A program made the position numbers and the translations under genes. A stretch of DNA of 63,988 nucleotides, filler included, from Rozella allomycis CSF55 (taxonomy: Eukaryota): NCBI GenBank assembly GCA_000442015.1. It is 18 parts of 18 records of this genome, joined end to end, with 100 filler letters (N's around TTAATTAATTAA, not from the genome) between each part and the next. Parts side by side here need not be neighbours in the genome. Positions count along the whole stretch, not along the records: positions 36,122 to 40,290 come from KE561232.1; positions 40,391 to 42,246 come from KE561233.1; positions 42,347 to 43,650 come from KE561234.1; positions 43,751 to 45,342 come from KE561237.1; positions 45,443 to 48,429 come from KE561238.1; positions 48,530 to 50,867 come from KE561239.1; 12 more parts are not named here. One strand, written 5' to 3'. How positions within the stretch are numbered: position 1 is the first letter of the stretch; every line of letters starts with the position of its first letter. A model generated the notes under the pieces. That model worked only from the letters and a program-made list of their open reading frames with translations, searched no databases and had not been told where the DNA came from. Of the stretch, positions 38,973-50,852 are shown piece by piece.

Positions 38973-39627
38973 TGCGACTAGTGGAGAGTAGATATAGTTT
39001 TATTGAATATGCAATAAGGTATTAAGTAGTAGTATCATGATAAAATATCATGAGTTGCACTAGTTGATATTGGATAGTTCAAGCATTTTCAACATTTAAT
39101 GTATCATTTGCGAAATTTCTAACATTGAAAGGACAATGCAAACCTTAATTACGATCTGATGAAGACTTATAAGATGATCTCCAAAGCATATTCTGTGCAT
39201 ATAANGTAGACATAGTTTTATTGAATGCAATTAAAAGTATTAAGTAGTAGTATCATGATAAAATATCATGAGTAGCACTAGTTGATATTGGATAGTTCAA
39301 GCAGGTTTTAACATTTAATTGATCATTTGCGAAATTTCTAACATTGGTAAACCTTAATTACGGTCTGATGAAGACTTATAAGATGATCTCCAAAGCATAT
39401 TCTGTGCATATAAGAAGAGCTTCATGGAAGCTGAACCCAGGTTGTGCCGTTTAGTTATCCTTTAACCCAATTTAAACAATATTGCCCAATATATGCTTTA
39501 GTAATAGCGATATAGTTAAATGCCATTGAAGTTTTGCTAAATGCTAATCAAATGAAATTTGATGATTACAAGTTACAACATGAACAAGGGGGTTAAAAAT
39601 ACCCAAGGCCCTCAAGAGTGAAATTGA

Positions 39628-40290
39628 CCAAGATAATCAATGAAAGAAGAAAGTGCATGAGCATAAACAGGCACAATGGGAGAGCTTCAAGAAGTTTTTG
39701 AAATTCTTGAGATGCAAAATGTGGATATCCAGAAACGAAACGGGCGCATGTCATGAAACAAGATCGTGTTTCGGGATAAAGATGTACGTCAAGACGCTCA
39801 ATAATATGGTGGAGAATCTTTGCGCAATTTGCCTGTTTATGTTGATGGACTTTCTTCATTTTGTTATTATCTTGGCGAAAAACATTTGACATTTCTTCGT
39901 ATCTACTATTGGCGGCTTTAACATCTTCAAAGCAATGAAATGCCTCTTAAATTTCATTTGATTAGCTAACCTTTTAACATTTCAATAAACTAAAAAGAAT
40001 TGTTCATTTATTTATTGAGAAGCACGGTCAATGGGATCGATCTTTTTCTTTTACTATTCTCGATTTTAATATCATGTTTTCATTTTTCAATGACGCAACT
40101 AAATGCAAACAATGATGTTACAATACCTAAAGATGACGCTGCCTTGCCAACATCGGCAAAACATTTCATGAGACAAGGTCGTGTTTCGGGGTGCAGATGC
40201 ACGTCAAGACGCTCAATAAGATGGTGGAGAATCTTTGCGCAATTTGTCTGTTGTTGTTGATGGACTTTCTTCGTTTTTTTATTTTCTTGT
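39628..40290. repeat. Imperfect inverted repeat (39628-39680 / 39823-39875) plus a diverged direct copy (39751-39875 vs 40166-40290)
   Basis: Arms match at 42/53 nt; each copy encodes KKVH(E/Q)xxQ on its own strand. Confidence 0.8.
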
Positions 40291-40390
40291 NNNNNNNNNN
40301 NNNNNNNNNNNNNNNNNNNNNNNNNNNNNNNNNNTTAATTAATTAANNNNNNNNNNNNNNNNNNNNNNNNNNNNNNNNNNNNNNNNNNNN

Positions 40391-42246
40391 CTCCATGGGA
40401 ACGAAACCTTCTAGCATCTTCCTCTAACTCTCCCTCCTCTAAGAACGCGACATTCTTTCTTGGAATAAACTTCATTAATCTGGACACATGATATTCACTT
40501 TCCTTCCCAAATTCATTTATCACTAAATAAACATTCTTCTCTAATTTCTTTATTATCCTATACGGGCCATCATATCTTGGTTTCTTCTTATCCCAAATAT
40601 GCCCTTTTCTAATCTTAGAATTTAGCACTAAAACGAACGATCCAACTTCAAACTGGGGTACAATTGAGGACGATCTCGACTCTCTGTTACTCTTAAATCT
40701 AATTCCATTAACATTTTCAATTTCTGCTTTTCTTAATTCAACATTTCCTTCAAGTATTTCATCATCCTTATTAATTATAGGTAATCTTGCTTCAACTCCA
40801 AATAACAAATAATGGGGCGATTTTCCTGTTCTGCTATGTACTCTAGCACGATAACCTTGCAAAATACTCAATAAATTCTCATCCCATCTTTCAAATTTCT
40901 TACTTTCTACACTCTTAGTAATTCCATATCGACAAGTTCTGTTCCAACCTTCAACAAAACCTACCCATTCTGGTTGATATGCTGGAATAAATTCAACTTT
41001 AATTCCCATTTTCTCACATGTTTCCCGAAAGTACGAACTAGTAAATCCTTTATCACAATCCGATATTATCTTCCCAGGAACTCCAAATAAAGAACATAAT
41101 TCTTTTAAGCAAGTTATAGCTGTTATAGCCGTCGTATCACTAACTGCCTTAGCAAAAGGGTAACCAGATAAAACTTCAACAAAGTTCAAAACATAACGAT
41201 TTCCATTTTCACTCACCGGAAAGGGACCCAAATAATCGAACTGCCAAACATGAAATAATCCTGAGATAGATGATCTTCCGTCGAACGAATACTGGGGCTT
41301 CACCATCAAAAATTTTTGACATTGCAAGCATGAAAAGACGAATTGCTTCACTTCAGAATATAGATGAGGACGCCAACACCTCACTTTAATCCAACTCCAA
41401 ATCGTTTGAAAAGAGAAGTGACCCAAATTATCATGCAAGTTTCTCAGCAATAATTCTAATTCTTCCTTGTTCATCAAAACTCTCAAAAGGACCTTAGATT
41501 TTCTATATAATAAACCTTCAATTAATACAAATCTCTTAATATTTCTTCTAAATTTTCTTGACAAACCAACATGCGAGTTACACTCTCCCCCCTCTAAAAA
41601 CTTCTTGTACTCAACCAACATATTCCCCCCAATAAATTCATCATTTATTGCTTCTCCTACCAACACTTCTTCGATGTCATTTCTTCTCACAGGGCGCGAC
41701 AAGAAATCAGCAACAACGTTCAATTTTCCAGCTCTATGCTTTATTTCACAATCAAATTCTGATAATAAATTGATCCATCTAATAACTCTTCCACTTGGTT
41801 CCTTCATTCGAAATAAAGCTGAAATCGCCGAATTATCAGTAAACACTGTAAAATGTCTTCCAAGAAGATAACAACGAAAATGTTTAATTGACGCAATCAC
41901 AGCCAAACCTTCTCTCTCGAAGTTAGCATAATTTCTCTCAGCGGAAGTCAACCTTCTTGAATAATATGCGACGGGTCTCAACACTCCTTCTTGATCCATC
42001 TGCTCAAGAACTGATCCCAGGGCAACTCCCGAAGCATCAGTTGACAATACAAACTCTCCAGAATCATCAGGCTGTTTCAGAATCGGCGCAGTCGTCAATA
42101 AATTCTTAATTTCTTCAAAAGCACTTTCACAATCTTTAGTCCAAATAAATTCAATTCCATCTTTTAACAATAATTGCAAGGGCTCAACGACGTCAGTAAA
42201 ATGAGAAATAAATCTTCTAAAATACGAACCCAAACAAACAAAAGAT
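40391..42246 (-). mobile_element. Ty3/Gypsy LTR retrotransposon pol fragment (RT end, RNase H, integrase), open frame
   Basis: YFRRFI, STDAS..LGSVLEQ..PVAYYSRRL..ERNY..ERE, TDN, NVVADFLSR; HHCC LHDNLGH..CLQCQ; FDYLGPFP, SD, VEGWN; GPY module. Confidence 0.96.
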
Positions 42247-42346
42247 NNNNNNNNNNNNNNNNNNNNNNNNNNNNNNNNNNNNNNNNNNNNTTAATTAATT
42301 AANNNNNNNNNNNNNNNNNNNNNNNNNNNNNNNNNNNNNNNNNNNN

Positions 42347-43563
42347 ACAAGCATGGACATTATTACATAGTTTGTGCTGCAATGATTGCATTGGAAGATG
42401 CCAACACCTTTCAATGGATTTTTCATAATCTTATGGAGTGTTGCCCTACGTTTTCTTTGTCCACGACAGTCGTCTTCACTGACAATGACGCAGCTATGAC
42501 TTTGGCATTTGAAAGTTTTCCGTTCGTAGCGCATTATCTAAATTTGTTTCACTTTATTCAATGTCTTGATCGTAACTTACGGTTTAAAATGCGTAGTTAT
42601 CACACATTTAAGACGAGGATATGTAAGTTAGTGAAGTCAGAGGATTCGTCCATTGTTACATTAGAACTCGATAAATTGAAACGGGAACACGCGATTACAA
42701 CTGCCGGTCGCCAATATATAGACACATACGTTAAACCAATACTACCTAAAGTGTGTGTTAAAGACAGATGTCAGTACTTTGATTTAGGTCAGTCCGGTAC
42801 AAAAGCGTGTGAAGCATTTAATAGAGTGGTCAAAAGTTATGGAGCTAACTTTAATTCACCTGCTTTGTCCATAATTCAAATTCTCGATTACATATTTGAA
42901 ACTTATACTTATAAAAATCAGTGCCTTGTTGCGAAAACTCAATCATTAACAAAAACATGCGATCTAAGTCCAATGGAAAAATCTCTCAAATTAACGTTAG
43001 GAGTATATGCTGAAACAAAGTTAATTAAACAAATGCGTAAATCTATTAGCAACACGTTAACTACTTTAACTGACAACTGCTCTTTTGCGATAGTAGACTG
43101 CACAGGGATTGCTTTTACCGTCCAATTTGATGATAATGCATCCGCGTTCAAGTGTTCTTGTGGCTATTTCCAGCGCAAAGGAATACCGTGTTCCCATATG
43201 ATATCAGTTAAACAAAAATTGGGCAAGCCTGTTACGTACACTGATTGCATTCAACGTTGGCATATAGGAGGCGAGCCGAGTACATCCACGTCCCACGAGG
43301 GGCCGACCACCACCACAACGCATCGAACACACACAAATATTCGCCATTATCGCCTACAATTGCAGTCTTTGCATAAACTGATCTATAACAACACCTACAA
43401 CGATCTTGATGCGATTAAAGCCGCTACCGAAGGTTATCGTACTACATTCACCTCTATTTTTCCAGGTACACCTATTAATGTCCACAATGTATCAACGGAT
43501 CCGACTCTTCGAAAGGACAAAGTGAGACGACTTCGCAAACATTTAACAAGAAAGAAAAAATAA
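42347..43563 (+). mobile_element. MULE/FAR1-like transposase with SWIM zinc finger (5' truncated)
   Basis: VFTDNDAAM..AF..F...H.L..FH, CEAFN, SWIM CSCGYFQRKGIPCSH. Confidence 0.88.
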
Positions 43564-43750
43564 ACGTAAATTCATTTATTAAAATATGCTCTTGCGATCG
43601 TCAAGCCCAATTTGATTTTTGCGTTTAAATGCGTATGTACAGTCTTCGGGNNNNNNNNNNNNNNNNNNNNNNNNNNNNNNNNNNNNNNNNNNNNTTAATT
43701 AATTAANNNNNNNNNNNNNNNNNNNNNNNNNNNNNNNNNNNNNNNNNNNN

Positions 43751-44093
43751 CTTTGAAATCGATTCCGTTTGAGTTCCATTGTACCTCACTAAGCGGTGAA
43801 TGTCCATCTTTTAGATCGTTTAGATCTACAACCTCCTTGCCGACACAATCTTCAGGACTGGCATCTTGAAAAGATTTCAGGTATCCATATTTCCTATAAT
43901 GAAGTCCACATCTTATTTTTTGTGATGCTATTTTTTACCTGTTGCACATGCTTTTTCTCTCATTGTTCTCGTCAATATAGTTTCGCCATAGTGGAGTTGA
44001 TGTAATATGACAGTTAAAGCATTCCTTGTGTCTTTCACCTTTGGCAAGTTTTTGCAAACAACCTGAAATACTGTTTTGTGATGTTTTTGTCAT
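43751..44093 (-). CDS. GATA zinc-finger factor B (not in ORF track; 3' end at 25344-25460)
   Basis: CFNCHITSTPLWRNYIDENNERKSMCNR|CGLHYRKYG with a 27-nt intron at 43912-43938; the start codon is tentative. Confidence 0.85.
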
Positions 44094-44559
44094 ACCCTTG
44101 CCAATACAGCCATCACATGATTGGCGTAATCAAAAATCAACCATAGACAAGTCTTGGGTATATTAATCATTAACTTTCTTAGTCTGTATATATTTAATCT
44201 ACCCTTGATTGGCAGACTATATATAATAGATAAGTATCCCAGTTTGGAATGGATAAAGTTCGAAACTTAATGGCGATAACATTATATAAATATATCAAAC
44301 TACTTCAAATCCTTTTTCATCTTAATAATCGGTTCTAGAACACAACCAAGAACTCGGCCCTCGGAACACAAAGATCTAGACAAAATGTATTTTTAAAACT
44401 TCTCACATTATGATTATATCTTGAATCAGGAATGAATGCTTTACTACTTCGGTTATTATTCTTATCGTCATTACCTTTTCAACATCTTAAAGGAGTCTTA
44501 TGATTATATAATAGAGGGTGCTTAGAATAACTCAGAAAGGGTATATGTTTATTTGTTTT

Positions 44560-45017
44560 CTATTGAGAGGTGCCTTTGGGTGAGTCATCATGATCATCAA
44601 AGGCGGAAAGGTCAATGCTGGTATTTTTTCTACTTTCCAATAGTCGAATGACCTGTATGCTCTTCGGATCCGTCAAATCAAGGTCAATATTCTCAATGTC
44701 AAGGTGAAGGAGTGTATCTGAAATCTGGACCCTTTGTGTGATCTCAGGTGGGTGTGACGTGTGATGCTGAGGTAATATGCCATGTTTTTTAAGATAAAGT
44801 CCGCATCTAAATAAGATTGTATTACCAAGAAGTACCGATTGCAAATGGTATGTTGTTTATGGTCGTTGCCAACATAGGTTCTCCATAAAGGAGTCTGATT
44901 TACGGCACAATTAGCGCAGGATCTGTTCAGATTGCTTTTTCTCCTTTTTCTTGAAACAAAATTTTCTGCGTCGAAAGTGGCCTTTTGCTTTGGCATTACC
45001 CTGGTTGTTTTATCCAT
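44560..45017 (-). CDS. GATA zinc-finger factor A
   Basis: CANCAVNQTPLWRTYVGNDHKQHTICNR|CGLYLKKHG with a 29-nt intron at 44807-44835. Confidence 0.88.
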
Positions 45018-45442
45018 AGCTTCAAATTGTGCAGATTTTTCATTGGCTTTGGGATGTAGCAGCCACCAATTTTATAAATTAGCGAGTTATTTTAGTGATT
45101 TTTTATGCGAATTGTTATTTTGTTTGACAAAAAGTGTTACTTGCTTGCAAAAATTTAATTTTATCCTTTTCGTTGATTTATGGCAATGTAAGTGATATAG
45201 CTATTGTCTAGACTTTCAATATAGAAAGTTATGGATTAATCTGTTTACACTGATCGTGGCTGGGTCTAGACTCTTGAAAATGACGAAAAATGACATCATC
45301 ATTGCCATTATAGCGGTACGGGCTAAAATACCCCGTACATTTNNNNNNNNNNNNNNNNNNNNNNNNNNNNNNNNNNNNNNNNNNNNTTAATTAATTAANN
45401 NNNNNNNNNNNNNNNNNNNNNNNNNNNNNNNNNNNNNNNNNN

Positions 45443-45577
45443 AGAGTTTAAAGAAAAGGTGATTGAGAGATTAAAGTCCGAGAACATATAATAAATGGCT
45501 TTAAAGAAATATTTATTTATGTAACAAAATCTGGCCCAGCGTTAATTAACCGTGCCACTTTTTGTGGCTTTAATCGA
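45443..45577 (+). repeat. Diverged direct repeat of about 47067-47215 (CRN 3' end plus 3' end of the RCC1 gene)
   Basis: Shared blocks agagtttaaagaaaaggt, gattaaagtccgag, taacaaaatctggcccagcgttaattaacc, ctttttgtggcttt. Confidence 0.85.
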
Positions 45578-45920
45578 AATGAAATGTTAGTTAACGAGGT
45601 CACATCAATTATATCGCGTAATCAACATCTGTACATATGTTTCTATGCATCTGAAATGATCTCATCAGAACTTCTTTTTGACTATAATGGCTAGAAAAAT
45701 CAACCTAAAAAACCTAAGTATACCCTGGATGTTTAGACTAAAGCAGCCAATAGTACCTTATATGAACTTAGAGTATGATGGCATCAGATTGTGGCCAACG
45801 ACGACGAATACTTATTGCGCCTCCAGAAATATGGNTGAACTTAATGGTTTGTGCCTGAAGTCCGGGTCTTAACAGCCGCCTTTGTAGAAAAATCAACCTA
45901 AAAACCTAAGAATACCCTGG

Positions 45921-47091
45921 ATGTTTAGACTAAAGCAGCCAATAGTACCTTATATGAACTTAGGGTATGATGGCATCGATTTGGAACAACCTCATCTTAA
46001 GAGAAAACTTTTGGTCGATCGCTTGGTTGACTATTGTTGTATAAGTAAATTTGTACCGCTTATTGCCCCTCCTGGATCAGGAAAGACTTCACTGCTTGCG
46101 CTTTTTGCTGACAGGGTGGATATCGAATGCATTTACATTTCTTGTGATACAAAGGGACACAATTTGTCGCGTCTTCTCATGCCTCATGGAATAGATTTGG
46201 AAAATCAAAGTGTGACTGGTGATCGGCCTCGCGTAATTATGTTGGATGATGCACAAAATACGTATTTAGACTATGATAGTTGGGTTATTTTAGTCAAAGT
46301 GGTGAGTCGATATATTCCACAAACCCGATTCATTATTGCTGCAACACATTCCCTGAAAGGTGGCTATGATAGTGGAGTTGAATTTAACTCATTTCCAATG
46401 CTCCGTCGACATGATCTACTTTTGAGTGATGGAGAATCGACACAACTGTTAATGTGTGATGACCGTGATCTTGGGCTCGCAGAACACTTGCAGTTTGATG
46501 GTCTAGTTAGAATTATCTCATCAGAGTGTAATGGTCTTATCTCTGCCCTGCGTATTACAATCAATTACATATCAATGTGCTTTTCTAAGGAAAACCCTAC
46601 AGAGAGTACATTGATACAGTTTTACTCATCCGTTGAAATTCCGTGGATAGATTGGTATTGTTTCTACAGGGCTCATAAAAACGTCCCGGATCATTTGAAG
46701 CCCTTTCTTATTAATTGCTTGAATGGTTCCTGTGAATTACCGGTACAGATTGTGGCCAACGACGACGAATACTTATTGCGCCTCCAGAAATATGGGATAT
46801 TGATTGTGGATGGGAATATAGCACATTATTCATCACCATTAGCCCGCAAATATTTCTATAGATATCTATTTTCCAATTAAGCTGGTGAAGGTGTTAAGCA
46901 CTTTTGCTTTCGCAGAATTAATAAAATATGTGTGCATTGTTCTTTATAAGTTATTGAACAAAAACGACAAAGAATCCTTTACGATCAAGCGTCCAAATTC
47001 ATTGACTATTAACCCAAAAGAGTCATTCGTGATGTTTCGGATTTGTCATTTGGAATTCTTTGACAAAGAGTTTAAAGAAAAGGTAGATTAA
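45921..47091 (+). pseudogene. CRN-type AAA/P-loop NTPase with apparently truncated C-terminal effector domain
   Basis: Walker A APPGSGKTS, Walker B VIMLDDAQ; stop at 46880 followed by a remnant tail; a deleted partial copy lies upstream (45692-45834). Confidence 0.65.
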
Positions 47092-47133
47092 AGTCCGAGG
47101 GCATATAATAAATGGCTTTAAAGCACTATTTAT

Positions 47134-48429
47134 TTATGAACTTGCAATAACAAAATCTGGCCCAGCGTTAATTAACCTCACCTTTTCCAAATCAACTTTT
47201 TGTGGCTTTGATCGATGTATTGATTTTAGTACTGATTCATCCTTTAGTTTATTCCACCTGTAAATGTCACCATTAGAATCTATGAAATCGCATTCATCAA
47301 AGCTCGCAGTCAACTGTTGAATGTCACCGCCAAACGTGAGTATTGGCCTAATGAACAATTTATTGTCATTCTCATCTTGACAAACAGAAAAAACTTCATC
47401 TTCATTAAAATCGTGCTCTATTTCTAGACAAGATATTGAAAAGAGAGTATTATCATCTACATAGTACAACTTGATATGTCTGATTACCAAATTTGACAAT
47501 GTAGAAACCTATTAATGTAAAACACACATTGATTACCCGGGCCCTTATATAATGCTTTTAATGGAACTTTTGATTCGAACAATGAAAGTGGAATCATCCA
47601 TTTTGGGCCTTCACTATACGTCTTTGTTGGTGAAAACACTCTGCTATCAAGCGGAGACATTGGCGCTTGTTCGGGAAATGTCCCGAATTCACCAAAGATC
47701 CAAAGTTCAGAGCAATTATTACCGTCATCCAAGCGCTCATGTCGGTCATTAATATTCTGGTAGGGAGTCAAGTATACGAGAATAGACCACGGCGAAGGCA
47801 AAATGTCCCAAACTGTGTGGTTAGACAAGGTTGTGAACTCAACTGGAAGGTTTGCTGTATCATTATAAGGCTCGCGCTTCACCTTCACTGGCGGGCCAAT
47901 CAAATGCCAATAAAGCTTATGAAGGGTTGACAAATGATCGAATTTGGGTTCATTTAGCGGCAGTTGTTTTTGAGTTGGCAAAAGCCCAAATATATAAAAC
48001 TTGCGGTCCTTTTGATTCAATGGCGTTTTGTATTTTTCAGTTTCGGGTTCAATTTCGTCACAACTCATTTCTTGAAACATTTCTCCATCCACCAATTCCC
48101 TTCTTTGGTCTGCAAGCGCTATAGTGTAGTAGCCACTGGCCCATACTCGATGAACCCGCGTCAATGAGAAATAGTTCACCTTTGAAGGCACGCATGTAAA
48201 TGAATCTGATCCCAAGCCTAATCCATGTGCACCCCATGTGTAAAGTTCGCCTGAGTAACAGGATCTAGGTATCTGTACCTGATTTGAGCACCGCTGCATT
48301 ATGAAAATATCCAACAGCCAGATCTCGTATTTGACCTACCGGCAGTTCATTTTCTGGATTATCGGCCAATACTTCCAATTCTTTCTGAGTTTGTTCCGAT
48401 TCCCACAACGGAACAATGACGCCGGGCGT
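47134..48429 (-). CDS. RCC1/BLIP-II repeat protein, C-terminal part
   Basis: GELYTWGAHGLGLG..PSKV..VHRVWASGYYTIAL; further FYIFG, LWIFG, GDIYRW and INAGPDFVIA repeat motifs. Confidence 0.7.
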
Positions 48430-48529
48430 NNNNNNNNNNNNNNNNNNNNNNNNNNNNNNNNNNNNNNNNNNNNTTAATTAATTAANNNNNNNNNNNNNNN
48501 NNNNNNNNNNNNNNNNNNNNNNNNNNNNN

Positions 48530-48899
48530 ATTTCATCACTAAAGATAATTAAAACCAAATTGTCTCCAGCATTTAATACAGAAAGTGGCTTTCTATCCAA
48601 GTTGGCAGATTGGACAGTCACACTATCCAGCGAAACGAGTATCACACCTTTTTTAGTGATACACACACAGTTCCTTTCATTTACGGGTACAACTTTTAGA
48701 AAAACAGTGTTGGGCGACACGTCGAATGAATTTATAATACGCGCTTCAGAAATCTACCGTTTATACTCAAAGTTAGTGTTACACTGTATCTGTATACTCC
48801 GCGGCCGTCAATAGCGACGAGAACAGAGTTTTCGCTTAGATCTTGGGTTATCGAACATTTATCTTGGAAATTGTGAGCTGTAATCTTTTCTTGAAACAT
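48530..48899 (-). CDS. Possible Utp8/NOL11-like beta-propeller N-terminus (3' truncated)
   Basis: VLVAIDGRGVYRYS|ISEARIINSFDVSPNTVF across a 29-nt intron resembles Utp8/NOL11 N-termini. Confidence 0.45.
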
Positions 48900-49351
48900 T
48901 GAAAAAAATATTCGGCTCAAGCCACAGGAGAAGGATTTTGGAACTCGAGGACGGGAATCTTAAGAATAATAGAAATTGACTATAGAACTTGGAATTCATG
49001 AAATTATTAATTTGTTGCAGTGTAGTGGTCGAGTAAGAGGTAGATATCAAAGTCACATTGAAATGGAAGGAACTTGTGATTTTTGAATCGCACATTTATT
49101 AATTTACCACGTAAATTTTTAATGCGAATGGTATTGAATGATAAAACTATCTTATTTTTGAATCAGACCCAAGTTTTGATCATTTGATGTTTGGCGTTAA
49201 ATATTAGAGTGGCATATGCTATTTATGCAGACTCGCAATTGCTATTATTTGCAACTGAACATTTGCAACATTAGCACTTTTGTTTCGTGATTTCAGGCTT
49301 CTCAAGCGGCTTGGTTAAAGCAAAGGAATTTATATCGGTGGCTTGTCACAA

Positions 49352-50852
49352 ATGGAAAAACGTGTGTGGTGCTTCATTTTCTTGTTTATTATACAAGTGA
49401 AATGCATCCAAGATGATTGGACTGTTATTGATTCTTTATTTGACCAGTATGCGTTGGCAGAGGATGCTGTGAAGAACGTGAAAGCCGGGGGAAACCATTT
49501 GCTTCATTCTAAAGACCGGGTTGAAGAGGATTTTGATTTTATTGATCTTGAAGAGTTTCCTGGTGGATATGATTTGCGGGATCTCGGGTCTGAGAGTGAG
49601 AAGGAGAGGTTTGAGGATGTCGGCTTTGAAGATGTTCCAGTTCCTGTTGTGAAGGATTCCAAAGCTGATGGTGAAGAGCTTGAGGAAATTGATCTTGAAG
49701 ATCACGTTGAATATGATTTCAGAGATTTAAATCCTGAAAGTGAAAGATTTGAAGAAATCCATGTTGACGCCCCTGTTGTTGATGGAAAACAAGATCAAGC
49801 AGAATTCACAGTGATCGATGAAACTGATGATGAATCTGATGCGATACTAATAAACCGTGAAACCGCAAAAGAAGAAGATTTGGATCTCGCAAGCTACGTT
49901 GTTATAGACAAGGACGAATATGACGATATAATTGAAGAATATGATGACGTTATAGCAGATGAAGGTCTTGAAGGGAATGAAAATTCTATTCCTTCACGAT
50001 TGCAAGCCAAAGTTCTGATGATTATTGATCATATAATGAATTTCTTTTCTAGATATGCTGATATGNATCACAGTGATCGATGAAACTGATGATGAATCTG
50101 ATGAGATACTAATAAACCGTGAAATCCCAAAGGAAGAAGATTTGGATCTCTCAAGCTACGTTGTTATAGACAAGGACGAATATGACGATATAATTGAAGA
50201 ATATGATGACGTTATAGCAGATGAAGGTCTTGAAGGTAATGAAAATTCTATTCCTTCACGATTGCAAGCCAAAGTTTTGATGATTATTGATCATATAATG
50301 AATTTCTTTTCTAGATATGCTGATATGTTCGATTATGTGAAAGTGTCAAAAGATATTCCAGAGGAAGTTAATGGAGTTGAACCAATTAGTGGTGTTTTAG
50401 AAAAATCGAAAGAGTTTGCCAGAGGAATAAAGCAGAAAGTTGTTGGAAGTGGAAGATATCTTGTTGACAAGGTGAAAGATAAGTTGAAAGAGCAAAAATC
50501 ATTCAAGAAACTGTACAAGATATATGGCTATGTTGAAAAGTATAAGAATACTGTCAAGACAGCAAAGATGTTGGTTGAAAGTGTTAAGGCTTCAGTGAAG
50601 GATCCTAATGTGTGGTTGGCTGCTTCTTCATCGTTGGTTGATATTAGATTTGGGTTCTTTCATTCTCTTGTTTATCTTTTTAAAGTGAAGGTGGTTCCAT
50701 ACCTTAAAGAACAACTTGAAATGCAGCCTGATAATGAAATGGTTAAATCTCAATTGAATTTGATTGATTTATTTGAACAGTATGGAACATCTAGCATTCA
50801 TGTTCTCTTTGGATTGAATGTTTTAGCCAGAGCTTTTATCTATGGAAACTAA
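49352..50852 (+). CDS. Predicted secreted acidic repeat protein with multiple LIR/AIM- and SIM-like motifs (about 410 aa after collapsing the duplication at N 50066)
   Basis: MEKRVWCFIFLFIIQVKC signal-like N-terminus; Asp/Glu-rich repeats; basic helical C-terminal domain; no introns needed. Confidence 0.75.

Noticed and set aside
49805-50327. Apparent 87-aa tandem duplication in the secreted protein
   Set aside because: Centred on a single N like many other junctions; most likely haplotype overlap, so motifs were counted once.
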